A stretch of DNA of 62,067 nucleotides, counting the filler, from Limisphaerales bacterium (GTDB taxonomy: Bacteria > Verrucomicrobiota > Verrucomicrobiia > Limisphaerales > SIBE01), in NCBI GenBank assembly GCA_044225505.1. It is 5 parts of 5 records of this genome, joined end to end, with 100 filler letters (N's around TTAATTAATTAA, not from the genome) between each part and the next. Parts side by side here need not be neighbours in the genome. Positions count along the whole stretch, not along the records: positions 27,605 to 54,894 come from JBGAIN010000111.1; 4 more parts are not named here. The stretch is one strand, 5' to 3'. The notes under the pieces are model-generated. The model worked only from the letters and a program-made list of their open reading frames with translations. It had not been told where the DNA came from and searched no databases. Shown here in pieces: positions 32,251 to 42,358 of the stretch; the stretch's first letter is position 1; the number at the start of each line of letters is the position of its first letter. The translations under genes and the position numbers were made by a program.

Positions 32251-33681
32251 ATGCCCATCGAGAAAATCATTGTTCTTGAGGACGATCTGATCGTCCGCAA
32301 AAGCCTCGAACAGCAGTTGCGCCAACGGCGCTACGACGTTGCGGCGGTGGCGAATATTGCTTCCGCTCAAGAGTTACTCTCTAAGGACACGTTCGACTTG
32401 ATGTTTGTCGACGTCCGGTTGCCCGATGGCGAGGGCACTGACCTCCTGCGCCAACTTCAAAGCCGACCCGAAAAGCCGTTGGTCGTCATCGTCACGGGGT
32501 TCGGATCGGTGGAATCCGCCGTCACCTGTATGCGGGATGGCGCATTCGATTATCTCATTAAGCCGTTTTCCGCCGATCAGATCGAAGTTGTTCTCAGAAA
32601 GGCGGAGGAATTTACCCAATTGGTCAAAGTAACCCGGTACTTAAGCAATGAAGACCGCGAAGTGGGTTACGAACTCCTAGGAAGGAGTTCGGGAATGGAA
32701 CAGCTCCGCCAAATGATCCGGAAAGTCGCCCGAACGCAAGCCACCGTGCTCATTCAAGGGGAAAGCGGCACGGGAAAAGAGCTCGTGGCGAGGGCCCTGT
32801 ATCGCGAAAGTCCACGCGCCAATGCTCCGTTCATCAAAGTGAATTGTGCGGCGATACCGGAGAATCTGATTGAAAGTGAGTTCTTTGGCCACGAAAAGGG
32901 CGCCTTCACGGGCGCCTTGAACAAACGCGAAGGGCGATTCGAACTCGCACATGGCGGGACTATCTTGCTGGACGAAATCAGTGAGATTTCGCCTCAGGTT
33001 CAAGTGAAATTGCTGCGGGTCCTGCAGGAACGTGAGCTCGAACGAGTGGGGGGCACCAAAACCATCAAGGTCGACGTGCGCGTTATCGCTACCACCAATC
33101 GCGATCTCCAGCAGAGTGTCGAACGAAAGGAGTTTCGTCAGGACCTTTTCTTTCGCCTGAACGTCGTGCCTATCCAGGTACCGCCATTACGCGAGCGTCG
33201 GGAGGACGTTCTGTTTCTCGCCGAGCAGTTCATGGTGCGCTTTTCCCGCAAACACGGCATGCATATCTCCGGGATTTCCCCGGACTGCTTGGCGGCTCTG
33301 CAATCGCACCATTGGCCAGGGAACGTTCGCGAGTTGCAGAACGTGATTGAACGAGCTGTAATTCTCTGCGCGGACGGCGAGGCGCTTCAGACCAAACACC
33401 TCGGATTTTCTTCGTTGTCTTCCGTGGCGCCGCCTGTTACGCCACCTCAGCCTGCCACCGTAGCAAGCCCGCCGACGGCTTCGGAAAGTCCGGAAAGTTC
33501 GGGAGAACTTATAACCTTGGCTGAGCTAGAACGCCGCCAGATCTTTCTTGCCGTCGAGTACTGTAAGGGGAATAGGACCCAGGCTGCCAAAAAGTTGGGG
33601 ATTAGTATCCGAACTTTGAGGAACAAACTTCACGAGTACGGTGTCAGCAGCAAAGCGGAAGGGGAGAGCGAGACCGAGTAG
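32251..33681 (+). CDS. Sigma54-dependent response regulator (NtrC/FleR-type enhancer-binding protein)
   Basis: REC domain (EDD, DVRLPDG, KPF), Walker A GESGTGKE, GAFTGA, WPGNVRELQN, Fis-type HTH. Confidence 0.95.
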   Translation: MPIEKIIVLEDDLIVRKSLEQQLRQRRYDVAAVANIASAQELLSKDTFDLMFVDVRLPDGEGTDLLRQLQSRPEKPLVVIVTGFGSVESAVTCMRDGAFDYLIKPFSADQIEVVLRKAEEFTQLVKVTRYLSNEDREVGYELLGRSSGMEQLRQMIRKVARTQATVLIQGESGTGKELVARALYRESPRANAPFIKVNCAAIPENLIESEFFGHEKGAFTGALNKREGRFELAHGGTILLDEISEISPQVQVKLLRVLQERELERVGGTKTIKVDVRVIATTNRDLQQSVERKEFRQDLFFRLNVVPIQVPPLRERREDVLFLAEQFMVRFSRKHGMHISGISPDCLAALQSHHWPGNVRELQNVIERAVILCADGEALQTKHLGFSSLSSVAPPVTPPQPATVASPPTASESPESSGELITLAELERRQIFLAVEYCKGNRTQAAKKLGISIRTLRNKLHEYGVSSKAEGESETE

Positions 33682-33697
33682 TCCGGTCCCGCACCGG

Positions 33698-34915
33698 TCA
33701 GGGAGGGGACTGTGGCAACAGAACGGATCGATAAAGTCGGTTGACGAACTGAACCGGCCTTGGGTCCAGGAAGAATTGCGGGCTCGCAAGCAGTGTGACG
33801 TTCGTCAATGTTTGCCAAGAATTCGTTGGGTGTATCGTGTCCAGGTAATCGATACGGTAGCTTCTGCCCGTTTTACCAATGATGACCAGGCCTGGGTATA
33901 GGCCCATGCTCAAATAGTTTGGCGTAAGCAAGAACCCACGCGATTGCCCCTTCCACTTGCCTTCACCAACAATCTGTCCAGAATCGTTAATACTATAGGC
34001 GACTTCGAGAAACCAGCCCGACTCCGGAGGAAGGAAATCGTTTAGATCAAACATGATTCCTCGTCGATAGAGGAATGCTCGGACCGTGTTCGTTTTGTCC
34101 TCGGCCCAACCAACGATATGCCCGGCATTGTTCGCCCCAAACGCCTCACTGGTCGGTCCCCCCAGTGTCCCTAAATCTCGAATGATCTCGCCTTGCTGTG
34201 CAAAGCCATGGTACGAGCCATTTGTCCAGCGGGAACGTCCAACGATGATTCCGTTCGTGGTTAGGTGTGTCACCTCGGTGTCTCCGGTGTTCAGACTCTT
34301 TACGTAACGCCGCTCCACACCTGAAATGACAAAGCCGAACTTGACGCCACCTTTGAGCTCAAACCCTCCGATTTCACCGCTCGCGGTGATACATCGAGCC
34401 TGACCTTCAAATTCGAGCGGGATCATTCCATTGGCATACACAAATGGCCGCTCACGTCCGTCCGCGGTTTGGAATGCACCGACGACCGTCCCACGATCGC
34501 TAATCCCATAAGCGATGCTGTTGGTGCTCCCGGGTAAGAGCACGGCCAGGTCGGTCATTACCCCTTGACTGAACAAAAAAGCCTTTTGCGCTGGACTTTC
34601 CGGCCCTTGAGCCCAGCCAACGACATCACTTAAGTTATTGATGTCCATAGCGATGCTGTTGGAGCCACCTAAGGTTCCTAGGTCACTGAGGACATTGTTG
34701 GAGAGAACGACCGCTCGCCATTGCTGCGCTGCATCCTGCGCTGCTCCAGCGACGACACCAAAATGATTTATCGCCCGGGCTTGACCGGAGTTGCCGCCTA
34801 AAGTGCCGATATCGGTCGGTAGATAGGTTTCCGTTTGGGCTCCGCGGCTGAACCCTTGGAAAATTGCCAGTGAACAGAGCAATGCCAGCGGAAACGGAAT
34901 TCGAGGAACTTTCAT
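33698..34915 (-). CDS. Secreted HAF-repeat protein with C-terminal sorting-like domain
   Basis: Repeated DLGTLGG..S.A..IN..G.VVG...AFL; ends GRSYRIDY...W...RLYRSV. Confidence 0.88.
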   Translation of the reverse strand: MKVPRIPFPLALLCSLAIFQGFSRGAQTETYLPTDIGTLGGNSGQARAINHFGVVAGAAQDAAQQWRAVVLSNNVLSDLGTLGGSNSIAMDINNLSDVVGWAQGPESPAQKAFLFSQGVMTDLAVLLPGSTNSIAYGISDRGTVVGAFQTADGRERPFVYANGMIPLEFEGQARCITASGEIGGFELKGGVKFGFVISGVERRYVKSLNTGDTEVTHLTTNGIIVGRSRWTNGSYHGFAQQGEIIRDLGTLGGPTSEAFGANNAGHIVGWAEDKTNTVRAFLYRRGIMFDLNDFLPPESGWFLEVAYSINDSGQIVGEGKWKGQSRGFLLTPNYLSMGLYPGLVIIGKTGRSYRIDYLDTIHPTNSWQTLTNVTLLASPQFFLDPRPVQFVNRLYRSVLLPQSPP

Positions 34916-35003
34916 GGCCGTCTGAGCTGTAGCAAGCGCTTAGCAGACAGGCGAGTGGTTTTGTTGAGTTCGGGCGAGATTGAATTGTGCGCGATTATAT
35001 CAT

Positions 35004-35019
35004 TGGCACCTGAGTTGCT
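35004..35019 (+). promoter_or_regulatory. Sigma54 promoter upstream of the second HDOD gene
   Basis: TGGCAC-CTGAG-TTGCT, an exact match to TGGCAC-N5-TTGCW. Confidence 0.75.
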
Positions 35020-35039
35020 GCTGTGTACGGTCGCTGGAT

Positions 35040-35888
35040 ATGATCGAGCTCGACGCCTACATCGACCGTGTTAAGAAGCTGCCGCCTGCGCCGCAACTGT
35101 TGCCTGAGCTTCTCACGCTGCTCAATCAACCCAACATCGATAGCGACCGTGTCGTCCGCCTCATCACCTACGATCCAGCTCTGACCGCGAGTGTCCTACA
35201 GTTGTGCAATAGCGCTTCACAGGGTTCTTCTCGCCCTGTCGTCCAAATCGACGAAGCGGTCGTGCGGTTGGGCTTTGAACATGTCTACCGCTTGGTCGCG
35301 GCGACTTTGGGTGCGCGGACGCTTACGACCAAGGGAAACGCGATCAATGGCGATCGACTCTGGAAACACTCCGTCGCAACGGCGATCGCCGCACAGGCCA
35401 TCGCGCGAGATCTTGGGGATGACCCCAATGTGGCGTTCACAACCGCTCTGCTGCACGATCTCGGGAAGATCATTCTCTGCGACGGATCTACCGATACCTA
35501 CTCAAATCTCGTCAAAGAAGTGGAGGCAAACCAATACTCGCTCTTAGAAGCCGAGAAACGAGTTCTGGGAGTTCAACATTCTGAAATTGGCGGCCGCTTG
35601 CTTGCTCGTTGGAAGTTCCCACTCAATATCGTCTCAGGAGTTTGGTTCCATCACTATCCAGCGTCGGCCAAACCGTACGAACGGTGGGCGGCCTACGTCT
35701 ACCTAGGCGATCTGGTTGCTTCTCTCTTGGGATATAGCTCTGGAGCGCAAGCCGTTGCCCTTCAAGGTAGAGCCGACGCGTTGGAGATTCTCAAGGTCAA
35801 CGTCGATTCTCTGGCCAAATATATGGGAGCGACGGTCGTCGAAATTTCCACGCTCAATTGCTTGTTCAAAGCAGGTGCCTCCATTTAA
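35040..35888 (+). CDS. HDOD-domain protein
   Basis: LPPAP, DPALTASVLQLCNS, LWKHS, ALLHDLGKI, HSEIGG, FHHYP. Confidence 0.9.
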   Translation: MIELDAYIDRVKKLPPAPQLLPELLTLLNQPNIDSDRVVRLITYDPALTASVLQLCNSASQGSSRPVVQIDEAVVRLGFEHVYRLVAATLGARTLTTKGNAINGDRLWKHSVATAIAAQAIARDLGDDPNVAFTTALLHDLGKIILCDGSTDTYSNLVKEVEANQYSLLEAEKRVLGVQHSEIGGRLLARWKFPLNIVSGVWFHHYPASAKPYERWAAYVYLGDLVASLLGYSSGAQAVALQGRADALEILKVNVDSLAKYMGATVVEISTLNCLFKAGASI

Positions 35889-35941
35889 GTCGCGGTGATC
35901 CGGTCAGAGCTCCCGATCCAGGGCACTCGAACCGCTCTCCT

Positions 35942-36400
35942 TTAACTCCGAACTCCTTGAAGCGGGTTCGACCATTCCTCCCAAAACAGCTTCTGAACCT
36001 CCGTAAACTGGTTGGGAACCCCCCGGTTCATGATTTGCCGCTTGCACTCGACGAAGTTCGCCTCCAATCCGCTGGTGACGCGGTCCAGATCTTCTTTGCT
36101 CTCTACCTTTAACCCGCACCGCGCTAACCCTTCCTCGGAGACGCGCATCATGAGATATCTGGCCAAAATATTCATCCCGGCTAACCTGACCAGCCCGATC
36201 AGTTCCTGTTCCTGGATCGACAGGCCCGGGAAGATAAATCGTGCCTCCAAGACACATTTTTCAAATGCCGGTCCTAAATCGCCCGCGCGCTGGGGTTTGA
36301 CCGGCAAGTCGCTGATAAACGCACTATACTGGCCAAGCAGCCGTTTGAGCTCTTCGTAACGCTGGGAAGCGGTCAACCGAACCTCGTCTGACATGGCCAT
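35942..36400 (-). CDS. Hypothetical protein
   Basis: 152-aa ORF with globular-looking composition; no motif recognised. Confidence 0.55.
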   Translation of the reverse strand: MAMSDEVRLTASQRYEELKRLLGQYSAFISDLPVKPQRAGDLGPAFEKCVLEARFIFPGLSIQEQELIGLVRLAGMNILARYLMMRVSEEGLARCGLKVESKEDLDRVTSGLEANFVECKRQIMNRGVPNQFTEVQKLFWEEWSNPLQGVRS

Positions 36401-36628
36401 GTTTTAGCCCGCTAGCTCCCGCAATGTCGAGCGGCGTCTGCCGCGCGGCGTCACGATGTCGCCTATGCCAGCCGTAACGCTCGATTCGGTCGAATGCTGT
36501 GATGAATCCCATCCGTTGTCTCATCATCTCGAACGCAACGCTGGCGAGGAGTTGCCCAATAGCCCTGCGTTGCCTCGCGTCCTTAGTGCATAAGCGAGAA
36601 GTGCAGAAAACCATGGAGACCAAGTTTG

Positions 36629-37264
36629 TTACCGGAGGACATCTTTGAGTGCTCGGACAAACTCCGTCACCTCTTCGCGTATGGCCTGATCGTACAAGCG
36701 AATGGTTGAGGTTTCCGGCAGGGTGGAGTTTCGAGTGTGCAATCGTGCCAAGCGGACTAGAAGAATCAATCCGGCGTCAGCGCTGGCCGAACCCGAGGGA
36801 AGTTGGATCCGTTTCTGTTTAAGTTCGCCCAAATCGCCATCGGTGATTTGCATTCCCTGAAAGTCAGCATTCCAGTAACCGAAAAACCAATGATCAAACC
36901 CGGACTTCTTGTAAGTCGTAATGCGACTGACCACCAACTGGTGTGACAAGCGGTTAGGATCGGGCTCGGGTCCTTCGCTCACAGCTTTAATCAGTTTCGC
37001 ATAGGTCTGCTTGAGATCCACGTCGGACTGCTGGTTCGACTTAATTGCGATTTCATTGAGAGTGATGACGCAAAAAAACGCCAGGAACTCCTTCAACGAC
37101 TTATGAAGTTGAATGTCGGTATTTCGTCCCATCGTCGCGCAACGGGTTGCCGCGTGCAGCGCTCGATGGCGAATCAGGATTCCAGCCCGGTCAAATTCCT
37201 TCTCCTGCGGCTGCAGGAAATGTTTGGCCCGAGACATCACGTAATACGCGAGCTTGAGCTTCAT
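36629..37264 (-). CDS. Hypothetical protein
   Basis: 211-aa ORF; no motif recognised. Confidence 0.6.
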   Translation of the reverse strand: MKLKLAYYVMSRAKHFLQPQEKEFDRAGILIRHRALHAATRCATMGRNTDIQLHKSLKEFLAFFCVITLNEIAIKSNQQSDVDLKQTYAKLIKAVSEGPEPDPNRLSHQLVVSRITTYKKSGFDHWFFGYWNADFQGMQITDGDLGELKQKRIQLPSGSASADAGLILLVRLARLHTRNSTLPETSTIRLYDQAIREEVTEFVRALKDVLR

Positions 37265-37571
37265 GGCGTGAAAGCATTGGTTACAGCCTTGGTGCTCGGC
37301 AAGGCAAACTTTTTGGATGTTTGGCAGGTGGATTCAACTTGCACACAGCGAAGTCCCTGCTTATAAACGGGATCGTGGTCTAGAGCCTCCCGAAAAAGGC
37401 GCCAGTGAATGCTCACGCATTCACATCAAAAGAGCAAAGTGGCAAGCGCGTTTCGGTGACCGTGAGAGTCGACGCTTTGAGGTTGGATGCGGATACAGTT
37501 GCCCTAGGTCAATACTCAATCCTATAGGACGGACCGGGTGAGAGTAGTCAGAAGAAGCGACTTGGCGTTTA

Positions 37572-38258
37572 ATGGCAATCTTTATGAGTGACAACGGCTC
37601 CGAATCCTCCGAAGAGCCCGCGACCCCAAGCAAAGGAACGCCTTTTTCGGCGCGCGAAGCGGCGCATGACTTAAATAACCTCCTCGCTGTCATTCATGGC
37701 CGGGCGGAAATTCTGTTGGCCGATGAACAACTAAAGCTCGAAGGAAATGAGTGTTTGGAGCAAATCGTTCGTGCGGTCGAACGGGCCGGGCGATTGACCC
37801 GACAGCTTCTCGCTGCGGCAGATGCGACGACAGCTCAACCCGAAATGGAATCGAGTCCTCGGGGAGCAGAGCCTATCTCGCACGGTTCGGGACGGATATT
37901 GCTCTTGGCCGAAGACCAGGGATTGCGCCGATTTATAAGTCTGCTCCTTAAGAGCGCAGGCTACGAGTTGATGGAGGCGCCTTCTCTTGCTGATGGGGTG
38001 CGCATGTGGGAAAGCAGTCCTCAGGGGTTCGATCTTCTTGTGACGGACCTGGCTGCCGATTCAGAGGCCAGCTTAATTTCAGTCCTGAACAACTGGCGAG
38101 GGTCTAGCGGGAAACTCAAAATACTGCTACTGACGGATGTGTCGCGTCGAGCTCCTGCTCTGGAGATGTCGTCCATCCGGGCACACACTTTAGCTCGACC
38201 ATTTTCTCCAGAAGAACTCGCACAGAAAGTCCGGCTCTGCCTCGGGAGCGAGGAGTGA
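37572..38258 (+). CDS. HisKA + receiver fusion lacking an HATPase domain
   Basis: AAHDLNNLLAVIHG...LTRQLL (CckA-type H-box) directly followed by GSGRILLL...FDLLVTDL...RPFSPEELAQKVR. Confidence 0.8.
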   Translation: MAIFMSDNGSESSEEPATPSKGTPFSAREAAHDLNNLLAVIHGRAEILLADEQLKLEGNECLEQIVRAVERAGRLTRQLLAAADATTAQPEMESSPRGAEPISHGSGRILLLAEDQGLRRFISLLLKSAGYELMEAPSLADGVRMWESSPQGFDLLVTDLAADSEASLISVLNNWRGSSGKLKILLLTDVSRRAPALEMSSIRAHTLARPFSPEELAQKVRLCLGSEE

Positions 38259-38518
38259 CGAATCGCGGTCAATCGCTGGGCGGCGCACCCTTCCTAAACC
38301 CAACGGCAACATCTGCCCGGCAGTTTCATCCTCAAACGCGGGCGTTCCGCCGCTGACTTAAGATCCTGGGCGTCGTGACTTTGACTTACCACGCTCGAAA
38401 TCCCTCGTGATTAGGAGATTGCAGAGCGGATGGAGATCCCTCCAATCACGCTCTTGCCGGCGGTACAACGCGTGCTCCCAAATGTTTACGCGATCATTGT
38501 GGACTGCGTGCGAACGTT

Positions 38519-38743
38519 ATGGGCTGCATAAAGAAAATGCTTGGTGTCACCGAGCTCCGAGACTACTCGGCGCCAACACTCGAGTTTGAACTGAATTCTG
38601 CCACCGATGGAGGAGGGGACCTCGTCCACATGCAAACCGCAGCTTGGCGTATCGAGATGACCGAGGCGGAGTTCAAAGAGTTTGCGTTGACTGTACACAC
38701 GGCAGCAGAGCAATTGCGACGCAACAAACGGCTGCCCCGATGA
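38519..38743 (+). CDS. Small hypothetical protein; distant stand-alone copy of the domain repeated in this island
   Basis: LEFELN...DLVHMQTAAWRIEMTEAEFKEFA; ATGA overlap with the next gene. Confidence 0.7.
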   Translation: MGCIKKMLGVTELRDYSAPTLEFELNSATDGGGDLVHMQTAAWRIEMTEAEFKEFALTVHTAAEQLRRNKRLPR

Positions 38744-40071
38744 TTCGATCCGTCGCCCCTTTTTTGGCTGGATTAGGCGCGCTTTCATCGGAGCGCTCGT
38801 CTGGGCGAGAACCGTGGCGTGAGGTTTTAGAGGTGGTCCTCGCTCATTCCGACGCTCCTGTCCGCATTGCTCAGTGGGGAAGCAGGGCAAGTCTGGACGA
38901 GTTACTTGCAGATGCGCGTGTCGAAGAGGTGTCTCTCTACGACACCGAGGAGAGTCGGTGTCAATATGACTCCCAGTCTCGCGCTGAAAATGGGGTATTA
39001 GACAAGCTCCGATTTTATCCGCAAGAAATCAGGCGGGCGGCGCAGCCGTCCCGGTCGGGATGGGTCACACGCGAAGAAGACCGATGGCATGGAGTTCGAA
39101 CTGGAGAGGGCGAATCCGCTTGGGATGTGGTGCTAATCCACCAGGATCGTCTGGCCAGTCGAGCATTGCGTCAGATGCGGCCATGTCTCGCTAAGAACGC
39201 CATCATTCTTTGGACAGGTCAGACCAGTTGGAAAAGTCACGAATCAGCACTCTACCGGGAGCATGCCTTGGACTGCCTGTTGCCTTTTCCCGAACGTTTC
39301 TACTTGGACCAGCACCGAATTCTGATTCTCCTCAATCGACCTGATCAGAATGCTTCGGAGTTGATGCGTTTCTGGGAACGGCGCTGCTTTCTGGATAACC
39401 TTTTCAAGGCCTTGGATGACGCCAACGTTGAATTTGCTCTGCTATCCAATCCAGGAAACCTTCCCGCAGTTTACGGGCTTAAAGCTCCTATTTTCCAGCT
39501 TCTAAACTCGCGGCCGACTGCCGAACGTATTTCCCCCGAGTCCATCCCCGATATCGATGTGCTAGTCGCAAAAGAGCAGTTCGGTACCGCCTGCCGAATC
39601 CTTGAAACGTCCGGGTTGCCCCCTGAATTGAGCACCGAAGCCAACGGGGCGCTTTATACCGGCGGCGAGACCCGTTTCTTCTTCAACCAGGAACACGTTG
39701 TGCGGTTACACCTTTTTGGGGGACTGCAATATACCGCGCTCTCAGGGGGGCGTCGCGTTGGGTTGAGCCCCGCTTTGCAGAGTGCTGTCATCGCCAGCCG
39801 CCGATCAGTGAATGAGTTCTGGCGTTACGGCATCTCGTTAAGACATGGATTACTGCATAACCTTTGCCGTTGCGTTTTCGACAAGCATGCGGTTTCAGTC
39901 GAATACGCAAACTTGATCGAAGATGCTCACGCTTGGGACGATCAGCCGGACAGTTTGCGGCAGGAGTTGGAAGGGGCGTTTTTCAAGTTCGCCGCGCCAC
40001 TTGTTCAATCGATTGCCGAAGGTCGAACGCGAGATATCTACGAGCGGTATGTCACTTTCTGTGACTACTGA
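38740..40071 (+). CDS. Putative nucleotidyltransferase-fold protein with a degenerate methyltransferase-like N-terminus
   Basis: LFKALDDANVEFALLSNPGNLP...PDIDVLV (DxD of pol-beta-type NTases); WDVVLIH..LRQMRPCLAKNAIIL resembles the end of a Rossmann MTase fold. Confidence 0.55.
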   Translation: MIRSVAPFLAGLGALSSERSSGREPWREVLEVVLAHSDAPVRIAQWGSRASLDELLADARVEEVSLYDTEESRCQYDSQSRAENGVLDKLRFYPQEIRRAAQPSRSGWVTREEDRWHGVRTGEGESAWDVVLIHQDRLASRALRQMRPCLAKNAIILWTGQTSWKSHESALYREHALDCLLPFPERFYLDQHRILILLNRPDQNASELMRFWERRCFLDNLFKALDDANVEFALLSNPGNLPAVYGLKAPIFQLLNSRPTAERISPESIPDIDVLVAKEQFGTACRILETSGLPPELSTEANGALYTGGETRFFFNQEHVVRLHLFGGLQYTALSGGRRVGLSPALQSAVIASRRSVNEFWRYGISLRHGLLHNLCRCVFDKHAVSVEYANLIEDAHAWDDQPDSLRQELEGAFFKFAAPLVQSIAEGRTRDIYERYVTFCDY

Positions 40072-40083
40072 GAAAGAGTCTGC

Positions 40084-42054
40084 ATGAAACTCGTCGTTAG
40101 CGCTAGCCACCTGATGATGGAAGACGTTCGCTGTCTGGAGGGCGTAACGGGCCACAAGATCGCATCCTACCCAGGGCTTTCCGAGATGCAGCCCCAACAG
40201 CGAGCAGCGTTTGATAAAGCCACTGAAACAGCCGACTTGACTCTGTTCGCAGTGCAGGCCGCCGATCGCTCGTGCCTTGACAGTATTCAACGCAAGAACC
40301 CAGGACGTCCGAGCGCATTATGGTTGCTGGATTCACGTCGCAATGGAGTGTTGAACCCGCGTCTGCTCGCAACATTCACCCATCGATTTGTCGCTGATCA
40401 GTCGTTCGTTCAGTTGAACACGCCTGAGCCCAGTTGGTTGCCCGGGTGCTGTTGGCGATTGTCCCGGTCGGAACTCCTTTCGCTGCTCGCAAAACCTTCT
40501 GCTCGCACATCTGCGCAGCCCACCATTTGGCTTCCGGCGTCTTTAGATCGGGCGGGGCGACTGCGGTATCTCGAACCGGAACTAAAGCGACGCATCTCCA
40601 AGTGCGGCTGCTCAGTCGAGACCCGACCCGCATCGCTTGGACTGGAATTTGGCCGAGCCCTACAATCGACGCCGATCGTCATCAATTTTGGCGACGAAGA
40701 TCCGACCGATCTGCATCTGTTTGAAGCATGGGGGCTAAACCGGGTCGTTATGGTAAGCCGCACTGCCGAAATCGAACGGATGTCGATCGCGCCTGATTCC
40801 ACGGTTCTTTTTGACCCTGACCTCCTGGACTTCGAAGAACGGCTAGAGGAAGCCGTTCTCCGGTCGCAGCGGCCAGTTTCGACCGCATACCTGGTCGCGA
40901 ATCAGCATCTTCTGGTTCATCGGCTGGTCGAAATCTTAAATGTCTGTTTGGATCAATCCTACCTGATTCCAGAAGCTTTGACTGGGAGCGACACGAATGT
41001 CGGATCGACGCCTGCGCCGCATGGCCAGTCTTACGTTAGCTCCGTTCAGCCCCGCGTTTCCTCGGCGCCGGTCGACAATGGTTCCCGGGGTAATATCGGG
41101 ATGGTGCTCTTGGCCAATCGAAGCATTCCAGCAGCGCCACTTGTGGCGTCGACGTGCTTGCAGGTCGCTGACGGTTCCAAGGATCGAATCTGCGTGAGAC
41201 TGCGCAATCTGAGAGTACAATTCACCACCCGCGATTTTCTGGCCATCGCGGACACTTGTGCCGAGGTTCTGGAACGGTGCAGCGGGACTCACAACGCCGA
41301 AGATCGACCAGACGCCGTCCCGGAGTCAAACAACGGCGCGACGACACAATCCGACCGTCAACACTCACCGGTTTCCGACGTTTCCCTCAAACACACCCAA
41401 ACCGAAGTCGTCACAGACTCTCCAGAACCCGCAACCCTGAGCTTGTCGCCGGAAAGTGCTCGTTTCGTTCAACGGGCTCAAGCTGCCTTGGACGCCAAGG
41501 ATTCAAGTGGCGCTATCGCGGCACTGGAGCAGGCTCGGCGCTTATCTCCGAAACATCCGCAAGTCTTGACTGCGCTCGGAAACCTCTACTTCCAGTGCAA
41601 TCGTTTTGCGGAAGCTCGGACGGTCCTCTCCGCGGCACAACAAGCAGACCCCCAAGATCCTCTTCTGCCAGTGCTTTTGGCCCATGTTTGCTATCGACTC
41701 AAGGACCGACGAGGTTTCAGGAACGGTCTCAAACGAGCGCTGGAACTCGATCCGGCCAACGCCCCAGCTTTGCAACTCCAGGCAGACGCCAATCTCGATT
41801 CCGGCAATTACGCGGACGCGGCGCGCGATTACGGCCTCCTTGTAGAGCAAGGGGTCGCCGACTTGAACGTCATGCTGGCGCTGGGACAGTGCTTCACCCA
41901 CATGCAGCGCTGGGAAGGAGCCCAAGCCTGCTTCGAACAGGCCTTGCTCCAGGATCCGTCCAATGCCGTGGCTCAACGGAATCTCGTGAAACTACAACGC
42001 CGGGTACAAACATCGTCCAAGTTGGTTGAGCAAACACTCCCCCGTCGGTGCTGA
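40084..42054 (+). CDS. Degenerate CgeB-like glycosyltransferase + repeated small domain + TPRs
   Basis: IVINFG..DLHLFEAWG...QHLLVHRLVEIL resembles CgeB-type GT-B C-termini; C-terminal TPRs (LTALGNLYFQ, MLALGQCF). Confidence 0.6.
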   Translation: MKLVVSASHLMMEDVRCLEGVTGHKIASYPGLSEMQPQQRAAFDKATETADLTLFAVQAADRSCLDSIQRKNPGRPSALWLLDSRRNGVLNPRLLATFTHRFVADQSFVQLNTPEPSWLPGCCWRLSRSELLSLLAKPSARTSAQPTIWLPASLDRAGRLRYLEPELKRRISKCGCSVETRPASLGLEFGRALQSTPIVINFGDEDPTDLHLFEAWGLNRVVMVSRTAEIERMSIAPDSTVLFDPDLLDFEERLEEAVLRSQRPVSTAYLVANQHLLVHRLVEILNVCLDQSYLIPEALTGSDTNVGSTPAPHGQSYVSSVQPRVSSAPVDNGSRGNIGMVLLANRSIPAAPLVASTCLQVADGSKDRICVRLRNLRVQFTTRDFLAIADTCAEVLERCSGTHNAEDRPDAVPESNNGATTQSDRQHSPVSDVSLKHTQTEVVTDSPEPATLSLSPESARFVQRAQAALDAKDSSGAIAALEQARRLSPKHPQVLTALGNLYFQCNRFAEARTVLSAAQQADPQDPLLPVLLAHVCYRLKDRRGFRNGLKRALELDPANAPALQLQADANLDSGNYADAARDYGLLVEQGVADLNVMLALGQCFTHMQRWEGAQACFEQALLQDPSNAVAQRNLVKLQRRVQTSSKLVEQTLPRRC

Positions 42055-42308
42055 GAGCGCCCCTCGGCGATCGCTCAAGTCAACACGGGGAACGGCTGGG
42101 TTGCTTGGCCAGATATGGCGTCACTCTCGGGTTGTCTTGCCAATTCCTTGCTCGGTCAAGCGTTACCCGGCTAGGAACACAGCGACTGGATAAAATTTGC
42201 CGGGCTCAGTTCTGGAACAAGGCAAAATATGCTGGGAGAAGCAGCAGGCAACCGCCAAGTCAACAGTGTTGATTGATAGTCAAGGGGATAAGTGAAGAGT
42301 AGCAACGC

Positions 42309-42324
42309 TGGTACCGTCATTGCT
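42309..42324 (+). promoter_or_regulatory. Sigma54 promoter upstream of the radical SAM-glycosyltransferase operon
   Basis: TGGTAC-CGTCA-TTGCT (1 mismatch to consensus), 34 nt before ATG 42359, in a ~300-bp intergenic region. Confidence 0.65.
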
Positions 42325-42358
42325 TTGAGTGACTTAATTCATCGAATAAACACTGCCT

